Assembly (NCBI GenBank): GCA_035703005.1
Contig: DASSZA010000247.1
Location: 1-40,963, forward strand
DNA: 40,963 nt
Reading direction: 5' to 3'
Source of the DNA: Candidatus Limnocylindrales bacterium
GTDB taxonomy: Bacteria; Chloroflexota; Limnocylindria; Limnocylindrales; CSP1-4
Each line of letters opens with the position of its first letter. Position 1 is the first letter of the stretch. Shown in pieces: positions 16,575 to 25,076 of this stretch. The notes under the pieces are model-generated. The model saw only the letters and a list, made by a program, of their open reading frames with translations, did not search any database and was not told the DNA's origin. A program made the position numbers and the translations under genes.

Positions 16575-17498
16575 TCAGACGCCGATCGGGTGCCAGACCG
16601 TCTTCATCTCGAGGAAGGCGGCGATCCATTCGGGGCGCTCGGCGGCGCGGTCATCGAGCCAGTCGAACCGCGCGTCGGCCATCCCGCGCGGTCGGCGCGA
16701 GAGGCGCTTGATGTCGTCCGCGGCAAACTGCTCGACCTCGACCCGGAGGTCGTCAGGGACACCCCAGACGTCGAGCCCGTCGACGTCCTCATGGGCCGCC
16801 AGCACCGGCACGAGCTCCTTCTTGCGACCGGTCAGCACGTTCACGACGCCCCCGGGGACATCGGACGTGGCGAAGACCTCGGTCAGCGTGATGGCAGGGA
16901 GTGGCCGGGTCTCGGAGGTCAGTAGCACGACCGTGTTGCCCGCGACGAGCGGCGGCGCGAGGCGGCTTACCAGGCCAAGCAACGACGACGTCTCGGGGGC
17001 CACGATCCCCACGATCCCCGTCGGCTCAGGGATGGTGAAGTTGAAGTACGGCGCGGCGACCGGATTGGCCGAGCCGAGGATCTGGGTGATCTTGTCGGCC
17101 CAGCCGGCGTACCAGACCCAGCGGTCGATGGCGCGATCGACCACCTCCGTCGCGCGCGCTTCACGCAGCCCCTCCGCGGCCGCGACCTCGGCGACGAACT
17201 GGTCGCGTCGCCCCTCCATCAGCTCAGCGACGCGATAGAGGACCTGCCCCCGGTTCATCGCGGTCTTGCCCGACCAGCCGGGGAACGCGCCGTGTGCCGC
17301 ACGCACCGCATCGCGGAGGTCCTTGCGCGACGATCGGACGGCATTCGCGAGCGGCGTGCCGTCGGCGGCGGACACCACGTACGAGCGACCACTCTCGGAC
17401 CTGGGGAACGCACCGCCGATGTACAGCTTGTACGTCTTGCGAACCTCGATCCGTGGCCCGGCGCCGTTCCGGGAAGTGCCGTTCGTGCCTGCTGCCAT
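16575..17498 (-). CDS. Aldehyde-dehydrogenase-like protein lacking the catalytic domain (307 aa)
   Basis: ALDH N-terminal/cofactor-domain motifs (YKLYIGG, WYAGWADK, GIVGIVAP, PGGVVNVLTG, HEDVDGLDVWG). The chain ends about 40 aa after the position where ELGGK would lie. No Cys/Glu catalytic motifs. TGATG overlap with the upstream ALDH. Confidence 0.75.
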   Translation of the reverse strand: MAAGTNGTSRNGAGPRIEVRKTYKLYIGGAFPRSESGRSYVVSAADGTPLANAVRSSRKDLRDAVRAAHGAFPGWSGKTAMNRGQVLYRVAELMEGRRDQFVAEVAAAEGLREARATEVVDRAIDRWVWYAGWADKITQILGSANPVAAPYFNFTIPEPTGIVGIVAPETSSLLGLVSRLAPPLVAGNTVVLLTSETRPLPAITLTEVFATSDVPGGVVNVLTGRKKELVPVLAAHEDVDGLDVWGVPDDLRVEVEQFAADDIKRLSRRPRGMADARFDWLDDRAAERPEWIAAFLEMKTVWHPIGV

Positions 17499-19030
17499 CA
17501 GCGATCCTCGAGCCGGACGTAGGCGTGCAGTCCGTGCATGCCGCCCTCGCGCCCGAAGCCCGACTCCTTGTAGCCGCCGAAGGGCGAGGTCGGATCGAAC
17601 TTGTTGAACGTGTTGGCCCACACGACGCCCGCCTGCATCCGCGAGACCATCTCGAGGATCCGCGAGCCCTTGTCGGTCCAGATCCCGGCCGAGAGCCCGT
17701 AGCGCGTGTTGTTGGCCTTTTCGACGGCCTCGTCCGGCGTCCGGAAGGTCAGCACCGAAAGCACCGGCCCGAAGACCTCCTCGCGCGCGATCCGATGCGA
17801 TTGCGCCACGTTGGTGAACAACGTCGGGCGGAAGAAGTAACCGCGCTCAGGCAGGTCGCAGGCCGGTTGATACAGCTCCGCTCCCTCTGCGACGCCCGAC
17901 GCGACCAGCTCCGTGATCTTCTCGAGCTGGGCCTTCGAGTTGATCGCGCCGACGTCGGTGTTCTTGTCGAGCGGGTCACCGACCCGGATGGTCGACAGGC
18001 GGTCCTTGAGCTTGTCGATCAGCGTGTCGGCGATCGATTCCTGGACGAGCAGCCGCGACCCCGCGCAGCAGACCTCACCCTGATTGAAGTAGATGCCGTT
18101 GACGATGCCTTCGACGGCCTGGTCGAGTGGTGCGTCGTCGAAGACGATGTTCGCCGCCTTCCCGCCAAGCTCGAGCGTAAGCGCCTTATCCGAGCCGGCG
18201 ACGCCGCGTCCGATCTTCTTGCCGATCTCGGTCGATCCGGTGAAGGCCACCTTGTCGACGTCGGGATGGGTCGCGAGGTGCATCCCGATCTCGCCCGGCC
18301 CCGTGATGATGTTGACGGTCCCGGGCGGCAGGTCCGCCTGGACGCAAACGTCCGCGAACAGCAGCGCCGAAAGCGGGGTCGTCGATGCCGGCTTGAGGAC
18401 GACCGTGTTGCCCGCCGCGAGCGCGGGGGCGATCTTCCAGGCGAGCATCAGCAGCGGGAAGTTCCACGGGATGATCTGCGCCGCCACGCCGAGAGGCTTG
18501 GCGACGCGACCCGGGAACGCGTAATCGAGCTTGTCCGCCCAGCCGGCGTAGTACCAGAAGTGGTTCGCCGCGAGCGGCACGTCGACGTCCCGGCTCTCCT
18601 TGATCGGCTTGCCCGAGTCCATCGATTCGAGGACGGCGAATTCGCGCGACCGCTCCTGGAGGATACGCGAGATCCGGAACAGGTACTTGGCACGCTCCCG
18701 GCCCGACAACTGACCCCACGAGCGGCGCTGGGCTCGACGAGCTGCCCGCACCGCCTTATCGACATCGACGTCGGCTGCGAGAGCGACGTCGGCGAGCGGC
18801 TGCTCGGTCGACGGGTCGATCGACGTGAACGTCCCGCCGCCGGTCGCCGGCACGGACCGCCCGGCGATGAACAGCCCATAGCGCTCTTTGAGCGTGACGA
18901 TGTCGCGGGCCTCGGGAGCAGGCGCGTACTCCCACGGGATGGCCTGTCCGTCGCCGAATCCCCAGCTGTTGGGGCGGTGATCGAGGCTGACGACGACGCT
19001 CGTCTCGGTGCGCTCGGGCATGGACGGCAT
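17498..19030 (-). CDS. NAD(P)-dependent aldehyde dehydrogenase
   Basis: FWYYAGWADK, KVAFTGSTEIG, LELGGKAANIVFDD, FNQGEVCCAGSRL (catalytic Cys). Start is Met39 of the track ORF; ATG 19021 is an alternative. Confidence 0.9.
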   Translation of the reverse strand: MPSMPERTETSVVVSLDHRPNSWGFGDGQAIPWEYAPAPEARDIVTLKERYGLFIAGRSVPATGGGTFTSIDPSTEQPLADVALAADVDVDKAVRAARRAQRRSWGQLSGRERAKYLFRISRILQERSREFAVLESMDSGKPIKESRDVDVPLAANHFWYYAGWADKLDYAFPGRVAKPLGVAAQIIPWNFPLLMLAWKIAPALAAGNTVVLKPASTTPLSALLFADVCVQADLPPGTVNIITGPGEIGMHLATHPDVDKVAFTGSTEIGKKIGRGVAGSDKALTLELGGKAANIVFDDAPLDQAVEGIVNGIYFNQGEVCCAGSRLLVQESIADTLIDKLKDRLSTIRVGDPLDKNTDVGAINSKAQLEKITELVASGVAEGAELYQPACDLPERGYFFRPTLFTNVAQSHRIAREEVFGPVLSVLTFRTPDEAVEKANNTRYGLSAGIWTDKGSRILEMVSRMQAGVVWANTFNKFDPTSPFGGYKESGFGREGGMHGLHAYVRLEDR

Positions 19031-19094
19031 TATGTCACCGCCCGTTCGGGACCCCCGTTCGGAGCCTTCTTCGGGACCCAGCTCCGGGCCCGCC

Positions 19095-20057
19095 TCAGCA
19101 GTCGTACGTCGCGAGCGGATAGACGCGCTCGCAGAACCGAACATGCACGTGGTCGTCGTGACCCGTGTACCAGCGCGTCAGCCCTTCGCGGATCAGCACC
19201 GGATCGTTGAAGTAGATGACCTTGATGTGGCCCGGTGCCGCCGCCCGGACCGCCTTGATGAACGCGCGCGTCGCGCTCCGGTCGTAGACGGCCATCCGGT
19301 AGTTGCCACCCCACTGACACTGGCGGTCGTCGCGGCGCATGATCCGGACGTCCACGTCCATCCCGCGCTCATGCGTGTCGTGGCCGGGCATGTCGCCCCC
19401 GTGCTCGAAGCTCACATCGCCGATCGCGACGGGCCCGAGACCCGCCTGGCCTACCGTCACAGCCGCGGCTCGCACAGCGCCGATCGCCGCACCCGTGCCC
19501 CAGTGCGCCGGACCGTTGCCGACCTCGTACCCGCACATCCATCGGCCGAAGACCGGCGATTCGAAGTGGCCGATGAGGTAGCGCCACGTAGCGGCATCCA
19601 CCACGCCGGTCCGTGTCAGCCCGGCATGGTGCTGGAACGAGCGGACCGCGGTCGCGGTCGCCCCGGCCAGCACGCCGTCGACCGTCAGCCCTGCCCGGCG
19701 CTTGTCGTTGAGCTGACGCTGGACGACCTTCACCGCCTCGCCGGTCGCACCAGGGTCGAGACGCATGATGAGGCGAGCCCACGTTCCGGCATCGACCATG
19801 CCCGTCCCCGTCATGCCCTGCGACATCTGGAAGGCCTTGACGGCGGCGATCGTCGGGCCATCGAAGACGGCCGAGATGTAGAGGCTCGTCGCCCCGCGAG
19901 CGCGAAGGAGGCCCTGGAGCGCACGGACATCGGACCCTCGGTCACCGGCGCTCTGGTGCGGGTAGATCGGCGCCGCGGCGCTCGCGACGCCAGTCCCGGC
20001 GACCGTCAGGACGCCGAGGGCAGCCGCGACCAGGAGCAGGCGAAGTCGGATGGGCAT
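19095..20057 (-). CDS. Secreted peptidoglycan-binding protein with a MepA-like (LAS/M74-type) murein endopeptidase domain
   Basis: Signal peptide MPIRLRLLLVAAALGVLTVAGTGVASA. Two PG_binding_1-like repeats (...AVKAFQMSQGMTGTGMVDAGTW, ...AVRSFQHHAGLTRTGVVDAATW). THERGMDVDV and GHDDHVHVRF match the MepA zinc motifs HQTGLDVDI and HDDHFHVRL. Confidence 0.8.
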   Translation of the reverse strand: MPIRLRLLLVAAALGVLTVAGTGVASAAAPIYPHQSAGDRGSDVRALQGLLRARGATSLYISAVFDGPTIAAVKAFQMSQGMTGTGMVDAGTWARLIMRLDPGATGEAVKVVQRQLNDKRRAGLTVDGVLAGATATAVRSFQHHAGLTRTGVVDAATWRYLIGHFESPVFGRWMCGYEVGNGPAHWGTGAAIGAVRAAAVTVGQAGLGPVAIGDVSFEHGGDMPGHDTHERGMDVDVRIMRRDDRQCQWGGNYRMAVYDRSATRAFIKAVRAAAPGHIKVIYFNDPVLIREGLTRWYTGHDDHVHVRFCERVYPLATYDC

Positions 20058-20064
20058 GACCGGG

Positions 20065-20070
20065 AGGCTA
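20065..20070 (-). promoter_or_regulatory. Candidate -10 box TAGCCT, 7 nt before ATG 20057 (leaderless-type)
   Basis: Minus strand reads TTGTAGCCTCCCGGTC-ATG. Confidence 0.4.
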
Positions 20071-20119
20071 CAAGGTCTGCGGCGCCGGCAGCACCACCCG
20101 ATGGGACTAGCCGGCAGCG

Positions 20120-20125
20120 TAGGCT
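20120..20125 (+). promoter_or_regulatory. Candidate -10 box TAGGCT, 6 nt before GTG 20132 (leaderless-type)
   Basis: Plus strand reads GCGTAGGCTGCCCGC-GTG. Confidence 0.4.
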
Positions 20126-20131
20126 GCCCGC

Positions 20132-20881
20132 GTGGACAGACTTTCCGGCGCGGAGGAGCTCCTCGATGGGCCACTCGACGACCGGCCTGCGCTGGTCGGC
20201 AACCTGCGCGACCTGGCCCGCGTCAATCGGCGTCTCGGCGGGATCGACCTCAGCGCGCGCGCGATCGAGGCCCTCGCACCCGGCGGGTCCTCGATCGAGG
20301 TCCTCGACGTCGGCACGGGTGGCGCGGACATCCCGCTCGCGCTGATCGAACGAGGCCGCGCACGGGGACGGCTGGTGCGGGTCACCGGCATCGACAGCAG
20401 ACCAGAGGTGCTGGAGGCCGCTGCGGTGGCCGATCGGCGGGTGACGGCGACCGGGGAACTGGCACTCCACGTGGCAGATGGACAGGCCCTCCCCTTCCCC
20501 GACGCGGCCTTCGAGATCGTCCACAGCTCCCTGGTCATCCACCACCTCGAACCCGACGCGGCTCGCGCGCTGCTCGCGGAGATGGCACGCGTCGCACGGC
20601 TCGGTGTCGTCGTCAATGACCTCGTCCGGGGACGCGCGGCGTGGGCCGGTGCCTGGGCGTTGTCGCATCTCGCGACCCGCAATCGCTTCACCCGCCGCGA
20701 CGCACCGCTTTCCGTGCGCCGCGCTTACTCCGTCGCGGAGCTCACGGCTCTGATGGCCGCGGCCGGGGTCCGCGTCGAGCGGCGGTTCGACGGTCCGTTC
20801 GGCCATCGCGTCGCGCTCGCCGGGTCCGCGAACGGGCACAGCACCGGGCACGGGAACGTCCGCGGGGACGCGCGCGGATGA
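20132..20881 (+). CDS. Class I SAM-dependent methyltransferase
   Basis: Motif I VLDVGTGGADIP; acidic loop GIDSRPE; FEIVHSSLVIHHL. Confidence 0.85.
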   Translation: MDRLSGAEELLDGPLDDRPALVGNLRDLARVNRRLGGIDLSARAIEALAPGGSSIEVLDVGTGGADIPLALIERGRARGRLVRVTGIDSRPEVLEAAAVADRRVTATGELALHVADGQALPFPDAAFEIVHSSLVIHHLEPDAARALLAEMARVARLGVVVNDLVRGRAAWAGAWALSHLATRNRFTRRDAPLSVRRAYSVAELTALMAAAGVRVERRFDGPFGHRVALAGSANGHSTGHGNVRGDARG

Positions 20882-22092
20882 TCGTGGACGACGTCGTCGA
20901 TGTCGCGATCGTCGGGGCCGGGCTCGCTGGCACGACGTTGGCTACGCGTCTCGCCCGGCGCGGCGTCGATGTCCTCGTCCTTGAACGATCGCCGGCATGG
21001 CACTGGCGAGCGGGTGGTGTCTTCGCGTCGCCGGCGGCCGTCGAGCAGCTTCGTCGAGTCGGGCTGTCCGACGCGACGATCCCGGCGCTCGCCGAGCCGA
21101 TCCCAGCGATGCGGCTCGAAACGCCGGCCGGAACGACCGTGCGGTTGACGTACGGCGCGGACACCGGCGGACCCATGGCCGTCGGCTTCGACCGCTCCGC
21201 GTTGGACCCGGAGCTCGAACGGCTGGCGATCGAGGCCGGAGCGATCGTCGAGCGCGGCGTCACGGTCCACACGGTGCACCTTGGAGCGCCGAACGTGCTC
21301 GATCTCGGTGATCACCAGGTCGCGGCGAGGATCGTCGTCGGCGCCGACGGGACGCATTCGGTGGTGGCGCGAGCCGCGGGGGTCGCACGTCCGCCGAGAC
21401 TGCCGCCGCGCGTAGGCCTGACGTGGCACGTCAACGATCCGCGGCCGCCGACGCACCCAGCCGCCGATGCGCGGATGGTCGTCGGACGCGACGGGTACGT
21501 CGGCCTCGCACGTGTCCCGGGCGGCCGGCTCAACATCGGCGTCGTGCTCGGGGAGTCGTGGCTCGCCGCCCTCGCCGACGACGGCGCCGCGGCCACGGCG
21601 GAACGCCTGCTCGAGATGATCCCCCGTCGGGATGACGACCCCGTCGATTGGGGGGCCGCGACCGTCTGCGACACCATCGCGGGTGCCTCGCCACTCGGCG
21701 TACGGGTGACGCGACGTGCGGGCCCCGGGTGGTTCCTGGTCGGCGACGCGTGCGGGTTCCTCGATCCGTTCACTGGCGAGGGCATCCATCGGGCGCTCGT
21801 CTCGACCGATCTCGCCGCGCGCGCGATCGCGGCGGCGCTCCCGCGTGATGGCGACGCGGCCCGTGCAGCCGATGCCTACGACCGTGCGATGACCCGACGA
21901 TTCGGCACGAAGGACGCCGTCTCGTTGCTCGTGCAGACGTTCCTGGCGCGCCCACGCCTCTTCGAGTACGCCGCGCGACGGCTCGCCGAACGCCCCGATG
22001 TCCGTGCGACGATGGGCCTCGTGATGGGTGACCTCCTACCTGCCTCGCGCGGCCTCGATCCGCGGTTCCTCGCGGCCCTGCTCGCACCGTGA
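20878..22092 (+). CDS. FAD-dependent oxidoreductase, geranylgeranyl-reductase-like
   Basis: Rossmann motif DVAIVGAGLAGTTLATRLARRG; VVGADGTHS; GDACGFLDPFTGEGI. ATGA overlap with the methyltransferase. Confidence 0.85.
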   Translation: MIVDDVVDVAIVGAGLAGTTLATRLARRGVDVLVLERSPAWHWRAGGVFASPAAVEQLRRVGLSDATIPALAEPIPAMRLETPAGTTVRLTYGADTGGPMAVGFDRSALDPELERLAIEAGAIVERGVTVHTVHLGAPNVLDLGDHQVAARIVVGADGTHSVVARAAGVARPPRLPPRVGLTWHVNDPRPPTHPAADARMVVGRDGYVGLARVPGGRLNIGVVLGESWLAALADDGAAATAERLLEMIPRRDDDPVDWGAATVCDTIAGASPLGVRVTRRAGPGWFLVGDACGFLDPFTGEGIHRALVSTDLAARAIAAALPRDGDAARAADAYDRAMTRRFGTKDAVSLLVQTFLARPRLFEYAARRLAERPDVRATMGLVMGDLLPASRGLDPRFLAALLAP

Positions 22093-22541
22093 GCGGCCGC
22101 GGTCGGGCGCGACCCGGCGACAGGGTCCGGGTCGCGGCGTACGCGATCGTCCACGACGAGGAGGAGCGCGTGCTGCTCTGCCACATCCACCCATCCGTGG
22201 GCGTGGGTGATGTCTGGACCCTCCCCGGCGGCGGCCTCGAGTTCGGCGAATCGCCTCGCGGGGCCGTGCTGCGCGAGCTCGAGGAGGAGACCGGCCTCGT
22301 CGGCGATGTCGAACGGCTCGTGGAGGTCGACGACCGCCTCTTCACCAGCCGGAACGGCGCCGGCCGGATGCATGCGATCCGGATCGTCTACGACGTCAAC
22401 ATCATCGGCGGGTCGCTGCGCGACGAGCTGGACGGCTCCACGGATACGTGTCGCTGGGTGGCGCCCGAGGAGGCGCTCACGATGCGCCTCGGCGAACTGG
22501 CACGGCACGCGATCGAACGAGTGGCGCCGGTCGATGCGTGA
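22089..22541 (+). CDS. NUDIX hydrolase
   Basis: Nudix box GGGLEFGESPRGAVLRELEEETGL. GTGA overlap with the flavoprotein stop. Confidence 0.85.
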   Translation: MSGRGRARPGDRVRVAAYAIVHDEEERVLLCHIHPSVGVGDVWTLPGGGLEFGESPRGAVLRELEEETGLVGDVERLVEVDDRLFTSRNGAGRMHAIRIVYDVNIIGGSLRDELDGSTDTCRWVAPEEALTMRLGELARHAIERVAPVDA

Positions 22542-23751
22542 CGGCGCCCTCGCGCCGGCGCTCGTCCTGTCGAGCCACCTCGCCGCGATGGGCACGATCC
22601 GGTGTCTCGGCGTCGCCGGGATACCCGTCGTCAACGTCCATTACGCCGACAGCGACTTCGCCCACGTCTCGCGGCACGTCCGCCATCGGATCCGGTCACC
22701 GCATCCCGAGCACGACGAGGACGCATTCGTCGGGACGTTGATCGAGGCGGCGTCGCGCTTCGGGCGATGTCTGATCGTCCCTGCCAATGACGCGACCCTT
22801 GGCGTCGTCTCGCGGCGGAAGGCCGAGTTGGAGCCGCACCACGTCGTCGCCGCGGACGACTGGTCGATCGTCGAGCGGGTCATCGACAAGCGACACACGT
22901 ACGAGCTCGCCCATCGGATCGGCGTCCCGGCCCCGCGAACGGACACGCCGACGACGCGTGCCGACGCCGAACGGATCGCCGAGACGTTCCTGTTCCCGTG
23001 CCTCGTGAAGCCGCGCGTGAGCCATCGCTACGCCGAGCTGTTCCGCGCGAAGCTCGCCCGCGTCCACGACGCGGCAGAACTGCTGCACGAATACGACCGT
23101 GCGGCCGCCGAGGACATCGAGGTGATGATCCAGGAGTACATCCCGGGCGACGACCGCCACAGCTATAACTACGACGCGTACCGGGCGCACGGTCGGTCGA
23201 TCGAATACACCGCACAGAAGCTGCGCCTCGCGCCGCCCGAGTTCGGATTGCCGCGTGTGGTCGTCAGTCGGCCTGCGCCGGACGTCATCGACCCGGCACG
23301 CCAGCTCCTCGACGCCCTCGGCTACACCGGGTACTCGTGCACCGAGTTCAAGGTGGACCCGCGCGACGGTGTGCCGAAGCTGATGGAGGTCAACGCGCGC
23401 GTGAACCGGTCTGTCCTGCATCCGCTCGCGAGCGGTATCAACTTCCCGGCGATCCTCTACCGCGACCTGATGCTCGGCGAGGCTCCCGAGGCCCCTGGGC
23501 TGCTCCCCGGACGCGCCTACTGGATCGATCTTGCGGGCGATATCCGCTACAGCGTCCGCGGCTGGCGATCGGAAGGTCTGACGTGGCGCGACTACCTGCG
23601 GCCCTATGCCGGCAGAAAGGTGTTCGCCGTGGGCGACGGCTTCGATGTGATGCCGTTCCTGAAGCGCTCGTTCGGGACGGTCGCGACGCGCTGGCGTCGC
23701 ATCCGTGGCGGCGTCAGCCGGGGCGACGGCGGGAGCGACGTCGCGGCCTGA
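22534..23751 (+). CDS. ATP-grasp carboxylate-amine ligase-like enzyme (paralogue 1)
   Basis: FPCLVKPR, MIQEYIPG, LMEVNARVNRS. 8-nt overlap with the NUDIX gene. Start is Met110 of the track ORF. Confidence 0.8.
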   Translation: MRDGALAPALVLSSHLAAMGTIRCLGVAGIPVVNVHYADSDFAHVSRHVRHRIRSPHPEHDEDAFVGTLIEAASRFGRCLIVPANDATLGVVSRRKAELEPHHVVAADDWSIVERVIDKRHTYELAHRIGVPAPRTDTPTTRADAERIAETFLFPCLVKPRVSHRYAELFRAKLARVHDAAELLHEYDRAAAEDIEVMIQEYIPGDDRHSYNYDAYRAHGRSIEYTAQKLRLAPPEFGLPRVVVSRPAPDVIDPARQLLDALGYTGYSCTEFKVDPRDGVPKLMEVNARVNRSVLHPLASGINFPAILYRDLMLGEAPEAPGLLPGRAYWIDLAGDIRYSVRGWRSEGLTWRDYLRPYAGRKVFAVGDGFDVMPFLKRSFGTVATRWRRIRGGVSRGDGGSDVAA

Positions 23752-23785
23752 TCCGGGGCCGAGCGCCACCGAGTCGGCGGCAGCC

Positions 23786-24991
23786 TCAGACGGCCTTGTC
23801 GCGCGCGAACGTCCGGCGACCCTGCTGGCTCCCGTTCCGCGTCCCCCGGCGGAAGAGCCGTGTCGCACTCGTGAGGAGCGGCCACGGATCGCTGGCCGAG
23901 AAGATCGCCAGCGCCGTGTCGGGATGGGGCACGAGTCCGCGCAGCCCGTCGCGGCGCGGTCCGCGGAGGAGCATCCGTCCGATCGCTCGGAGGTCGCCCT
24001 CTTCGTGCTGGTAGTGGACGCCGACCCGGTAGGAATCCGGCACGACCGGCTGACGGCCGAGCAGCAGGTTCACCCAGATCCCGGGCAGGTTCATCCCTGC
24101 TCGCGTCGCATGGCCGATCGACGTGTAGAAGCGCGGGTTCACGTCGATGATCGCGTAGTCATCCGCACGCTCGAACAGGTCGACCTGGAAGAGCCCGCGC
24201 CAGTCCATCGAGCGGAGCAGCGCCGCGACGCGATCCACGAGACCCGTGTCGAGTGGGATCGTGACGGCGTGGCTGATCGACCCGCACGGTGCGGGCCAGA
24301 CACGATCGGCGCGTGACTGCACCGCGCACACGATCTCGCCGTCCCAGAACACCCCGGCCAGTGAGATCAGTGGGTCGTGTACGAATGGCTGGACGAGGCC
24401 GCGGGTCCCGGGCAGCTCGGCGAGGGCGTGCTCGAGCTCGTGGAACGTCCTGGCGACGACCGTCCCGCGGTGGCGGACGACGCCGTCCTCCTCACGGATC
24501 TCGGAGCGTCCCGGCTTGACGACCACAGGGAACGGGAACGGCAGTCGCGCCGGGATGGTGTCGAGCGTCATGTCGCAGGTCGGGAGCGTCGGGAGGCCGG
24601 CGCCGGCCGCGAATCCCTGGAGCCGACCCTTGTCCGTCACGTCCATCAGCGTCGCCAGGGGCGGTACGCCGAGCACGACATCCGGCGGGAGGCGATCCGA
24701 CCGGCGCACGAGTGTCTCCATCTCGAACTCAGTCCCCGGCACGATGGCAGCGGCGGCGAGGCGCGCGGCGGCCGCGGCAAGCTCATCGACGAACGTATCT
24801 GGGGCTTCCCACGGGCTCGGCACCTCGATGACCCCGGCGCTCGCCCACGACCGAGCCGCGTACGTGCCGCGCTCGTGGACGGCGACCCACGGCGAATACC
24901 CGGCGTCGCGCAGCGCGCGCACCGCACCAAGCACGCTCACGTGCTCGCCACCGGTCAGGATGACGACGTCACCGGGACGCCGGCCATTCAT
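23786..24991 (-). CDS. ATP-grasp carboxylate-amine ligase-like enzyme (paralogue 2)
   Basis: FPVVVKPG, LVQPFV, YAIIDVNPRFYTS. Same overall layout as paralogue 1. Start is Met30 of the track ORF; no SD or -10 box seen, so the start is uncertain. Confidence 0.7.
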   Translation of the reverse strand: MNGRRPGDVVILTGGEHVSVLGAVRALRDAGYSPWVAVHERGTYAARSWASAGVIEVPSPWEAPDTFVDELAAAAARLAAAAIVPGTEFEMETLVRRSDRLPPDVVLGVPPLATLMDVTDKGRLQGFAAGAGLPTLPTCDMTLDTIPARLPFPFPVVVKPGRSEIREEDGVVRHRGTVVARTFHELEHALAELPGTRGLVQPFVHDPLISLAGVFWDGEIVCAVQSRADRVWPAPCGSISHAVTIPLDTGLVDRVAALLRSMDWRGLFQVDLFERADDYAIIDVNPRFYTSIGHATRAGMNLPGIWVNLLLGRQPVVPDSYRVGVHYQHEEGDLRAIGRMLLRGPRRDGLRGLVPHPDTALAIFSASDPWPLLTSATRLFRRGTRNGSQQGRRTFARDKAV

Positions 24992-25033
24992 TGCAGGGGA
25001 AAGGGGCACGGGTCTACGGTGAGGGTCGGACAC

Positions 25034-25059
25034 TAACGGCCGGTAACCACGTCGATAAC
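25034..25059. promoter_or_regulatory. Three phased TAAC motifs in the divergent ATP-grasp / SRPBCC-KS intergenic region
   Basis: TAAC at 25034, 25044 and 25056 (spacing 10 and 12 nt) in an otherwise GC-rich 85-bp spacer. Confidence 0.3.
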
Positions 25060-25076
25060 GAGTCGTTGCGGGGCCC

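Noticed and set aside
17294-19210. 638-aa plus-strand ORF, together with similar long ORFs at 2240..3142, 12390..13328, 20006..20851, 22696..23868, 26624..28234 and 36850..37968
   Set aside because: They are antisense or out of frame to genes with clear family motifs. They are extremely Arg/Pro/Gly-rich and have no recognisable domains. This is the usual stop-codon-poor shadow-ORF artefact of high-GC DNA.
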